Notes under the pieces: generated by a model
The model's input: the letters and a program-made list of their open reading frames with translations, nothing else
Database searches by the model: none
Told to the model about the DNA's origin: nothing
Position numbers and translations under genes: made by a program
Assembly: GCF_964204645.1 (NCBI RefSeq)
Contig: NC_134029.1
Location: 1,798,001-1,862,000, forward strand
Direction of reading: 5' to 3'
DNA: 64,000 nucleotides
From: Tubulanus polymorphus
Lineage: Eukaryota; Animalia; Nemertea
In this document: piece by piece, positions 25,801 through 38,000 of the stretch
Numbering within the stretch: the stretch's first letter is position 1
How the letters are laid out: each line of letters opens with the position of its first letter

Positions 25801-27593
25801 CTCAATGAGGTTGTTTATCACGCACACATTCAAGAGTTTTCTCCGAGAAAAGGACCAGTGGATGTCTTCATCGAGGGGCTCGGAAGAAAGTACGTTGGTT
25901 ATATATAAAGATGTATAGATTCATATTTGTGGAAATGAGTAACATCATGTTTTAATCATTGTTTCCAGAATTGCTGTTCCATTCGACTCATTGAAAGCTA
26001 TTCCTCAGCCAGTTGCAGGTCAGGGTTTATGTTATGCTTGTATATATCTTGTATGAAATAACCCGAGTAGCTTTTCTCAAAATTTGTTGTAATCTTTCCA
26101 GAAAAGAAAGGAAAACCAAAAAGAAGGGTGAGAGATAAGATTTGTATGTTATGCTTTGGCCGTGTTTTGCAAGCATCGAAATAAATCTTGATGAATTTTC
26201 AGAGTTTATCTTTTGGTAACAACAATCCGAGAACATCATTGTCATTAACTTCGAACAGTGCTCCAGATGATTCAAATCATCAACCCGGGTACGTCTGTCT
26301 AAACTGTGATGTGTGATTCGATTTTCGTTAAATAACTGTAACTAAAAGAAAATAATGATTAACGTTATACATTATATAGCCTGACTCAGAGAACATTTTT
26401 GAACTCACTCGGAATTCCTATCAGGACTAAATTGCTGCGGTAAGTTTAGATGACATGATTTGAGAGACTTTTTCTCATGTGGCACATCAGATATTCAATA
26501 AGAAAATAATTTGATTACAGACAGGAGCAAACGAGACCAAGATCACAGAGCTTTCCAGATAGACATAGTTCCACAGTTCAGCAGTCTATTATTGCACAAC
26601 CTACACAAATGGTAAGTCAATTCCGGATTACTTAAAACATCAGAATACAACGCTAGACACAGAATATGCTACATTATAGTTTGAGTTGAGTGATTCCTTG
26701 CAAAATGAGCTACAAATGATGGATCAGCAGCAGCAGCAGCAGCATGCTATTCATTTACCTGATCTATCTACACAATGTGTACAAATACCATATGTCCCTG
26801 GTATGTATAGTACATTTTATGAGATTAATTTATTCATTCAGATTTTCTATGATTGTAAGTAATTTGTTATGATCGCAGTGGAAGGTGCACCAGTGATGCC
26901 ATTGACGCCACCTCCACAGCTAGGTGATTCTACATCTAATGGGCAGCAGTACGCTCCTCCACCTCCAACTCAATATTACCCGTGTGTCATAGCTACACCT
27001 CCTCAAATGACTGCTGATATTCAAGCGCAGACATTCCAAGGTATATTTGAATCAACGATCTACCTCCATCGGTATATTGATATATGAAATAATTCTGATG
27101 ATAATTTTGGGTGTTTTTAGATCCAGTTCAGTATTACATGGGTGTCAATTACCCGGTAAGTGTATGGAATCATTCGCATCACAAGTCTTTCCCTTCCCGG
27201 ATGTGTCGCCCAATGATATGTTCAATGATTATCTTCATTTCTAGCAATATGCTCCAGCAGCACCAGTTGATCAGTATGGTCAGGTTTATGATGAATATCT
27301 CCAACTAACACCTGCTCTTCCTCCACAAACTCAGTATTATACAACACCAGGTTAGTGTAGGGCTCAAACATCTATCTGTCATAGACTTTATTAATTCCTA
27401 GGCTAAAACATCTACCTTCAACTTGTTGCAGGGTTTGAATTGTTGCAGTAAATTTTAAGGGTTTAATTTAATTTTAGATTTGTATGCCATCCCGACCTAC
27501 TGTACATCTTTACCACCGGCTGTAGATATGCAGAATAATTACATGACAGATCAGCAAATGTATATAGATAACAGTCAATATATGAGATGGTAA
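22863..27593 (+). CDS. OTUD4/ALG13/ovarian-tumor-family OTU + Tudor protein with Q/P/Y-rich tail; catalytic Cys and His absent
   Basis: Exon 1 (22863-22967) encodes [12 protein letters not shown]...[17 protein letters not shown]. Later exons give [32 protein letters not shown]...[40 protein letters not shown] and Tudor-like GDRCEV...[23 protein letters not shown]. The last exon ends YMRW-TAA at 27593; AATAAA at 29199. Internal exons of the low-complexity tail are less certain. Confidence 0.85.
23216..23339. repeat. Near-perfect 124-bp palindrome (foldback/MITE-like) in intron 1 of the OTU gene
   Basis: CACAGGGGCATGTCACAATTTGATAATGAATGGATGATACCAGTATCCCTGTATAAAAAAG, then AA, then its reverse complement with one mismatch. 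Confidence 0.95.
24983..25112. mobile_element. MITE-like element with ~20-bp TIRs
   Basis: CAGGGGTCCAGTTCCACAGTT ... AACTGTGGAACTGAGTCCTG, with internal inverted TGAGTTAA/TTAACTCA motifs. Confidence 0.65.
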
Positions 27594-29613
27594 ACTATCT
27601 GTCAGCTACTGAATCTGACATCATCATTATACATCAACAACTCACATCAAAATACACGACCAAGCAGGTTTATACAGAAGTAATTAATTTCAAATTTCTT
27701 ACAATCCACTTAATCAAATTCTGACTTAGAATTCAATCTTTTATATTAAAAAAAATTAATTCATAACTTTAGTTAGAAACTGTTCCTAGGGTTAAAGGTG
27801 ATTTTCTATTTTATATGACTTTAAAGATCGATCAGAAGTGAAAGTGAAATATTTTTAAAGATGGTTTTAATACGCCTAAAATGAGAAGCTGATTTCGTAA
27901 TTTGATTTTTGGTGATTTTATGATTTTATAAATTCTAACAAGATGTTTTTCCAGGCTTGAGTTTCATAAATTTTTCCATCGTTTCGAGCATCAATTTTTT
28001 ATAAGGAGGAAAATCTATTATTTGAGTATTTTAAAACAGCTAATCAATTTTATGCGCGTGAAGAACCAATCATTGATCTTGACACGATTCCTTTTTCTCT
28101 GGACAACTATTTGTTTTATATGGGTTAAGATTCAAGTAATTGGGAAATGCTGGGATGAAGGGAACGAATTAGTGGTGTTTGAAAGGAAAGAATTACTGAC
28201 ATTTGAAGGGAGGGAATGGGTGTGATTAGAAGGGAAAGAATGGGTGGGACTTGTTAATGATTTTGTAAGGATTGTCCATTTTGTATAAGGATATATATGA
28301 CTTTATATACATATCTATGTATAATATATACAATGCACTGTGCACTAGATCGGTATGACATCGAATAACATTTCAGTCTTGTCCTATTACAGAACTTCTG
28401 CCTATAGAAAATTTACTCCAAACAGTCTCTTGTTATTCAGGAAGTCGTTTATTAATGATCTTCAAACTCTGATAATCGATGTAGCTTATTTTTCTAATGA
28501 TGAAATATACTTATAGTTGAAATGATGATGTACATTATTCGACTTCCTCAATTCATTGAGGATCATAAGTGATAATATTACAGGCTATTTTACGGTAGTT
28601 TGTAATGTCATAATCTGTGATAAGGCTGAAGTTTACTCGAGGTACCTTCAAAATCCGGTGTAGACTTCAGTCTGAAGCATGAAAACAACTAGTGCCTTGT
28701 ATATAAGTTGAGTTTTTCCTCCTGTTTAATTGAGCTATCACATAATTTGCAGTCTGGTGTTTATCAGTTGAAATGTTTAATAGTTATTGTATTTTGATCG
28801 TCATCTATGCAACTACCAGGTATATTCCTGTCTCTCAATTGTGATAAAATATCTGGTTACTGATCTGATTTTCTATATCTCACACATGCACATATAAAAG
28901 AGAATTTGTTATTAGTTGTTAATTGGTTTTGTTCTATTTTATTATTGAATTCGTTAAGATTTAGATTTGTTTATTGTTAAGATCTGACATAACTCAATTT
29001 GTATGATAAAACTTCATCCTTTATTGTAATTTCTCAAATAGTCACTTGATTTTGGTTCGAACTGAAAAATTTCTGAATTATTCTACGAGCGAAAACAACT
29101 AATATCTTTACCTAGGACGAGTAATTCGTGAATTGTTATGGTGGTCACATTTATAGCCCATTTACTGATTTATAATTGAGAATTCATACCGAGTTGAAAA
29201 TAAAATGTTCCTATGCACAAAATGTCTTGTCTTAGAATCTATACGTGTGGTTGGATGTTTTCAGTTGCTGAGAATGAAGGGGTTTGACCCGAAATAAATA
29301 AACATCCTGCAGTTCAGCTGCAATCATAGGATGTTCCGCTGTTCTGTTGATCTCCTCTCTCTGTTTTGCATCGAGTATCGAGTGGATTAAACCCTTGCAG
29401 GACAAATGATGATAAACTTCGATTTAAGATAGCTTTAGATTATTTTTTCCATCTCAAACTTCTTCATAGCGTCCATGCTTTCTCTACATAATCATGCAAC
29501 CCTTACGTCATACAATCAATATATAACGGTTCAAACAATAAGAACAAGTTGAATTTATGAAGTTGATAAATGCATTGAATTTATTGAACGTAATCGAGTA
29601 TAAAATATAATCG

Positions 29614-31631
29614 TCATCGATCTAAACTGTTTACAGTTTCTTCAATGAGTCGCCGCACCTCGACACCACGTGTAACAGCTCGAGAAATACAATGCTGTAA
29701 CTGATTTGGTTTAAGAGGAGTTCCACCTATAAAATAAATACCAGGTATATGATTATATTAGAATACTTGATAGATGTTACGAATATAGACTCTGCCATGC
29801 TTGTTTTGGGTCCAAATGAATAAATAAGATTATTCATTTAACACGTATGCATTAGGGGAAAGGGCTAATGCAATGGCTGACTGTGTGGACAAGGATGATT
29901 GAAAATTCAAATTTATGTGTACGTTATAAATGAATGCTAACCCGGTTTATGTATACTGCATAGTTGACCATCAGCTAATGTTACTACTGTTAGTGTTCCT
30001 GTGCTTAAAGTCTCCTCTTCATCAGTTGGATCAATTAACAACACACGCCTAAGAAATGATAAACTTGACAATTTCAGATAGAATTTACCCTTTAAATGCT
30101 GGATAGACAAATAAACCATACATACTCGTCAAATGTAGCGATAGTCGTTGAAACAGGTTGAGAGTGAATTGGAATTGATAAAGTTTTTTGTAGATTTGTT
30201 GTAATTGCTCCCGTCTCTTCATCAATACCAGCTGTGGGCAGACGTACTAGAAATATGATACACGAATAATGAAGAATTCAATTCCAGAGTGATTCATACG
30301 ATTTATTAAGAATTATCTTTGACTAACCATTCATATTATTGCTATTACCTGTAGTTAAAGCAGCCAGTAATGCTGTGATACAAGCATCTATAATATTACC
30401 ATCATAATCCAAACACATCAGATCGCAATATAAAACCCAACATAACTGAAAATAAGACAACATAAAACATTTCTTTGAAATAAAGACTGATGGAAAATGG
30501 CTGACATTTTGATATATGTTAGAAGGTGATCATTACCTTCCCCGGAACTACACATAAATCTTCAGGTATCACGCATTTAGAACTAAAACATGAAAAATAC
30601 AAATTTTACATGAAAATTAGGAAATTTTAGAAAATCGCCCATGTGGAACTAATTTAATTACCTTTTCATGATATCATCAACAAACTGACTGAGAACTTGG
30701 GCTTGTTCTGAAGGAGGACCGGGTTTGAATTTAGGTGAACACATTGGTGATAGTTCTACATTTGGAACTGAATTATACAAACAATATTCTAAAATCACTC
30801 TATTTTAAGAATCAAAGATATTGGTCCATTGAGAGCGGAGAGACTGACCAATGAATCCTTTTGTTGGTTCTTCCGTTTTTGGAACCGTTAATTCCTAAAA
30901 AATTGATAACAAACACTTAGTTGTATTAGATGTGATATAGCTGATAATACTCGGATTGAGTCGACTTACCCCCTTAATACCACAGATAACTGATGTATTT
31001 CCTAGTTTGATGAGAGCAGATCCATCAGCAGTTGTTATAGAACCTACAAACAAAATACAAAATACAGTTGTGAAATTACAATAGAATGCATTTAATGAAG
31101 ATCAATAGACTTACCAATATTAAGAACTGTGTGTCTTATTTCTCCTAATTCTCTTCCATCAGGGCGCACATCTTGTTCCTATTTCAGAAGATTTTTTAGA
31201 TAGATATCAGTAAGTTAGCGGGAATAGGCTATGATGTCCATGAAGTCTAGTCTATAGGCCTGGCCTGTTGTTGCCTTTGAAAAGCTTCACCAACCTCAGT
31301 AGAATCAATAATGCATCACTTACCAGAAATTTCCTGTAGAATTCGATCGGTTGGGCAACTCTGAAACATCACAAAAATAATTTAGTTCAGATGAGCACGT
31401 TTCATGTCCAATAAAACTACTTCATTTGAATTTAATCAGACACGATTACTGCTGTTTTTAGGGTTAAAGACGACGTTTTCCTCAGTTTAAACCCGGAGAC
31501 TCCGATCGAATCGTCAAAACATATAAAAATAGATATTTTAAGAACCATGGCAAACTCCACAGGAATAATTGAGGGTCCCAGTTTAAATTTATATTGATAA
31601 ATTTGTAAACTTACTTGAAATCGGCAGCCAT
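29614..31631 (-). CDS. EXOSC8: Exosome complex component RRP43
   Basis: Starts MAADFK|, then [114 protein letters not shown]. Ends SLDR-TGA; minus-strand AATAAA at 29580-29585. Confidence 0.93.
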
Positions 31632-32099
31632 TTTGTAAATACTTTCGGGTTAGATGGCGCCACTGGATGATGATCAGCTGGACGGAGAGGACGTAAAATA
31701 CTCCAAGGCCGCTCGGCGTACACTTTAGTAAACATAGTTCAAGACGATTAGGGACCCATTACACTAAAACACTAACGCTCATAGCTGGAGAGACGAATAG
31801 CTTTTACGCCACAGAACCTTTAGTACAAGCAATTTACAATTAAGCCAATCATTTTCTATTATAGATTAAAATATTGATATAAGAATGATTTACTGTTTTT
31901 ATGATTTTATGAAATATCTTCATATCTGTCATTAGACAGGTCACATGACTCGTATGTGTAATGGCCGCTGCTGGGATGTGAACGATGAAAATCTGTTCCA
32001 GCATAATTACAGTTAAACTGGCACGTCTATAATCACCAAACAGGTCATCGAATTAATTTAAAACTTGTATCGAATAATTGTCCTTCGGGACGAGTTGAA
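31632..32099. promoter_or_regulatory. Bidirectional promoter EXOSC8/JIP3-4
   Basis: Divergent start codons ~470 bp apart. GTCACATGAC (M-box/CLEAR-like) at 31940-31949; YY1-like AGATGGCG at ~31651. Confidence 0.6.
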
Positions 32100-35000
32100 A
32101 TGGAGTCGGAAGAAGAAAAAGGAGAGACGATATACGGGTCGATGGGGACCCTAGAAAGTGACAGTCACGTCATGTCTGAAAGGGTACAGTCTTTAGCCGC
32201 GAGTATTTATCAGGAGTTCGAACGGATGATTAAAAAATATGACGAAGACGTAGTGAAAGCGTTGATGCCTCTGGTTGTCGGAATTCTAGAGAATTTGGAT
32301 CAGTCATTTTTGGACAAACAGGAAAATGAAGTGGAAGTTGAATTATTACGAGACGATAACGAACAACTTCTGACGCAGTACGAACGTGAAAAACAGCTGA
32401 GAAAAGCAGCCGAACAGGTATTTATATCTAACAGTACGCCGAATTAGGAACTACTCGTGGCACTGGGCCCCCATTTCCGCTATCGATATAAAACTGATTT
32501 GTTTCAACTTCTTAAAATCATTTTCAGAAATTGTTAGAGATCGAAGACCAGAGCGAAGAAGAACGAAAAGAAATGACTTCGAAAGTGGAAAGTTTAGAAT
32601 CGATATCGCGTATGCTTGAATTGAAGGGAAAGAATGCTCAAGATCACGGTAAATATTCTTAATAAATCTTCATCCAGTGGCTGTTCCGCTGTGCCTACAG
32701 CTGTCTCTAAGGTCAGCCTACAGCTGTCTCTAAGGTCAGCCTACGCCTACTGGTCAGCCTACCGCACCGAGCTGATTGTTTAGTGGGTGTTTGTATTATT
32801 TTCAGTTACTCGTTTGGAAGAAAAAGAAGGAGAAATGAAAAAGGAATACAACAAACTTCACGAGAGATACACGGAATTATTTAAAACCCACATGGATTAC
32901 ATGGAACGCACTAAAATGCTGATGGGAACTGATCGTCTAGCTGATATGGGAATTAGTCCTAAAGTCAGGTGAGTTTTTCGAACAATTCTCATATTTTCGC
33001 ATCGGTCGACGTTGTTTTAATATTTGCCTCTCTATTTCTAGGGGTGGACTAGCGTTACCGAATTTGCGCCACGTATTCCCGGCCACGCCCGGATCGGTGT
33101 CAGGGGATACCCCGAAATCGGGCAGTTCTCCGCCGTTCAGCATCACCTCTCCGATGAAGGGTCCCGATAATTCACAGAATTTACAGAACGAACTGAACGT
33201 GGATAAGAATCGTAATCAGCGCGGTGTGACGCAGGTTACTGATTGTGGACAGGTTACTGATACTGTACAAGTCACTGAATCAGGAACCAGTAAGTTCTTC
33301 GTGCCTCTATATTTGCTCCTATTAATTCTTAAGCTTTAAAAGTTTCCAGGTATTTTGAATTGATATGCATTCTGAATGTTATTAAATTCTCTGATCACCG
33401 ATGCATGGTTTGCAAAGCATTTCATTTCATTGAAAATTACCGCGAGTGACTTTATTTAGTTTCGCAAATGAATTCAAATTCATACCCACAGCTTTGTACG
33501 TCGGTGTTGCCTTTTATACAAAGAGACAGAAACTTGAGTGTAAATAATTGAATTCCGTGTTATTTTATTTTCTATGTTATTAGCCCCTAAAGGTAAAACA
33601 GCTTTCGTCAATGTTTATTCACATATTTGTTTAGGGTTTAGATTTTTCTATTCAGTTTAATTTTAATTTTCACCTTCGTATATACACATATATATATATA
33701 TATGTATATTCATTTATATATCACTATCTGCTTGGATGAAGGGATTAATGGATCTAAGAGGATTAGGATTATCTATTAATATGATTAGAAATGCGAGCTA
33801 CTTAACATAATATAGATATATTCATTTATCATGTGATTGTAATATCTCAGTGAAGAATAGTTGGTCTTTCTATGAAAATAACTAAATGAGCTACCTATTC
33901 AATATCAGGGGTCCAACCCTGCATCAGACTGATACTGTAACATCAGAGCTGTTGGTGGTTTCCTGACTTTGTTGATGGAATATTTAGGATAAACTAAGCC
34001 TGCCTGCCCAGGAACTAGTCCTAGTCCACACGGGTAGATGGATAGTGCGAAGTACAGAGAGACTAGCACATTTACCTATGGGTGCCCGAATTATTTCTAA
34101 AATGTAGCTTGCTTAAGGGATACAAACCCTGTCATCTCAATATCTTCAATCCTATTCAATAGGTCATGCCGCGCATCAATTTCAGAAAGTGTTCTTGTCG
34201 TCCGTTTGTTGTGGGTAGTTAACAGATCAGGAATTCAAATCCCTCCATTTTAACCCGAATTAAATATCCTTCGTAGGGAAACTATTCAAATATTTGCTTT
34301 TCTCTTATCTATATGTTTTTATGTCTCGCTGTGTTGTTTCTTTTGCATGTGTTTTTTAAGTTTATTTATATGTGCTTGCTATTATTACACGCAGAAAACG
34401 CAGAGGAAATATCTACCACAACCACGCCATCTATAAGTGTGAATTTAAATGAACCTTCGGACAATAATAAAACTGTGGAAGTTAAAGACAGTAAATCTGA
34501 TTCTGCGATTCTGAGTCGGAAAGTTTCCGATACTGTGAATGAAATCGCCGAATTAAGGAAAAACACTTTAGAAGTGCCCAGTCGGGATGGGGCTAGTTTT
34601 CAAGATAGTTTTGAACTATCAATGACACCTCCTGCAATGAAATCACAGCTTGGTGAGTCTATCACTCCTCCATGGTTTATCAGGGATATTTTAAATGAAA
34701 TCTTTCATTGATAAGTGGTCTTTTTATTTATTGCATATCAAATTTGTAAAATATTCTATAATATTTCTCAGGGTGTTAGAGTAGACTAGAAATATGTACA
34801 TTGTTGTGTTATAGATCACGTTTGATATTCACTGAGTTTCTCAGATGTGTTTTGAGATTAAAGGATGAATGTTTGATATTTTGCAGGTATGCATCAGGCT
34901 TTGAATGATATCGTGGCTTCTACGCCCGAATTAGACGATTATGAACCGTTTAATAAATCCAAATCTGCCCCGGTTGGCATGCCAGGAACTAGGTAAATTA

Positions 35001-38000
35001 TTGTGCTGGTATACCCGGCTTTACCGAAGGATCATTCATCTTCCTAAATCCTGGATGTGCCTCGGTTTATAACGACTAACTCTGTTTAAATCTCTCTCAT
35101 AAATGCTGAATTAATGTTGTATGTATTTTCAGTAGTAATGAACCGTCTGTATTTGATGAATTAACGTTTCACGGTCAGGAGTTTATTGGTGATATCGATG
35201 AAGGCGCTGATATAACCGGTAAACAGACCTCCCTCCTTCCAACACCACTTCTCTTATCTATCCTTATATTTCAGCTAAATAATTTATTTGCTCATTTCGT
35301 TTCATTTGTAATCTTAACAAATTCTAGAAATCAAAACATTTAAAAGTGTTTAATATATTCATGCGTAATGTTGATATGAGGAGGGATGATATTTTATTCT
35401 GGTGTTTTTAGGGCAAGCTATCCATCCAGGAGAGTTTGCGTCCCCGGGTTAGTTTCTATAATCATTGCATCTTGTGTATTTCGTTTATATCTATACCCCA
35501 TATATGTTGTAATAAACACCACCTATTGCATGTATAAACAGCTGAAAACTGGGCTTCAAAAACTTGAAATTAGAAATTAGATACTTTGAGTATTGAGTTT
35601 CAACCAGATTTTCGGTTATGTTCTTTGCAATCTATATTTCATTTATGTAAAAATATGATTTATTGTTGTATAGCAAGTTTATTTATACTTCTGTGATGTA
35701 GTGTAGTATTAGTAGCATGTTAGTTAGTGCGAACCTATTTCATCGTTCTGTCACCTTTAGCTCATTATTTTATCTAAACCGAATATAAGCGGTTTATTAT
35801 TAGCGCATTGTTCTTCGAGAAGGCCCCATTTTCATTTAATACCAAAATACATGAAGAATAGGGTGAAAGATACAAAAATAAGTAGCATTAGTAATATAGG
35901 GTAGGGGATAGCAATTGGTGCTTTTATTTGTAAATAATGAACCTAACCACTTCGATAGAACGCTTTAGTTTGTTAGTTTTTCTATACTCACACAGGATAT
36001 AGGACCGGGACATACATTTATTACTCCTGTACAATTAAAACTATATTCAACTAGTATAAACACATAAAATCTGACACACATATGAATTTCCTGTTTGACA
36101 CAAACCCTTCACACATCATTCATTATTCGGCCGCTTTCACTATGATGTATTTTAGATGTTGTAATTGATTGAATGTTATTTTTTTTTTTTCGTGTTTTTT
36201 TTTAAGATGACGAGGATTCTGAGTCTAATATCAGTGGTATGTCATCATCATCCTCCTTTATTAACCTTATAGGTTCAAGGTCAAACCTTATTAACCAATG
36301 TTTAATCTGCTAAACCCCTGGATTATAGAATTTCTGGTTTGGTCTCTATTTATTTGTATTATAAACATTGTTTGATAAGTGATGGTTTTTTGGGTGGTGT
36401 TTCCTGGTATTTGTCTTTTTCATATTTAACCAAGACATAAACATTCACAGAATTAACGGAATCACCTTAAATTAACAGCTAGAATTCTACATACTAAGTT
36501 TAATACGTATTTTCCCCTTAATCTTTAATTCAATCTCCTCAAAGAAATGTGTTAAAAGCCATAACATCTATACATGTATCTAAAACACTGATGAAGTGTG
36601 TGCTGCTTGCTGTCTCTAATACTTACTTTCATTAATCTTTATTTTTATGCATTCATTTATTGCTGCATTGTGTGTTAATTTGGATCCACATTAAATCAGC
36701 GAGTGACAATTTCTTCGGTAAGATTTTGATAACGTTTTCATTCACAGCGTTCTGTTTATTCTTTTTGTTCGTCGCTTCTGGGGTTTATTTCATCAATTAA
36801 ACAGAATGATTTCAATATACTTGGTATTTATTTACATGTAGATCAATGCTGGTGATAGTGCTTAACAATGTATTCTATTTTGATGATTCATCTTAGAAAT
36901 TTTTGGTTACTTTTTCGCATGAATTTTAGTAAATTGACCCTTCCATCAATTTTTTACACACTTGTTAAAGAATTGGTTTTTTTGTGTGTGTTTAGGTATG
37001 GGTAAAGAGGTGGAGAATTTAATACAGGAAAATGCTGAATTACTTGCCACAAAGTAAGTAACAATCTTTAGCTTACGGACAGATCATTAATTCAGATTAT
37101 TGAAATTATGCTGTTTTGTTGATTTTGTAGGAATGCGTTGAATATTGTGAAAGATGATTTGATCGCTAAAGTGGATGAGTTTACGAGGTACGTCACGTCT
37201 GATCCTGTATTTCCCGGCCTTGATTTAACCTCCCCCTAGTGTCTGTGCTATGCTCAACTTTTTATTTTCTTTAATCAGCGAACAGGAAATTCTACGCGAA
37301 GAGATCAACTCGTTGCAGACCGTGAAATCTCGTATGAAATTACGAATCACGGAATTAGAAGAAGAGTTAAAGAAATTCAAGGAAGAATTGGATAAAAAGA
37401 ATCAACAGCTCAATAATGACGACGATGTTAGTATCTTATAATATCAAATCCACAATGAACGAAATGAAAGATTTTAAGACATCAAAAAAATTCCAAATTT
37501 TTCGGTTTTCAACTAAAGGTTTCCTTCCTTGAAAATTTTTTGAAAATTCTTGAGTGTTTAATAAGTCTTTCGGTTTTTCATTTAGTTTGAATTTGACTGT
37601 ATGAATAAACGAAACTTGTTGTTTTTCTATAGGATGAGATTCCGATGGCTCAACGTAAACGATTTACTCGTGTTGAAATGGCTCGAGTTCTCATGGAACG
37701 CAATCAGTATAAAGAGCGTTTAATGGAACTGCAGGAAGCCGTACGGTGGACAGAAATGATCAGAGCCTCTCGCGAACATCCTGACCTCGCTACGGCTAAT
37801 AACAGCAAGAAAAAATCGTCCATTTGGAACTTGTAAGTATTTAACATTCTCTCGAAGTCGATTCCACATTTCTCAGGTTAGATTTAACTCCACTCAGTGA
37901 AAACATTGAATTCATCTGATTTTAACTCTAAGAATCGTAATTAGCTGAGAGATTTATGGAATCTAGTTTTGGTATCCAGTAATTATTATCTGTTCTGAAA

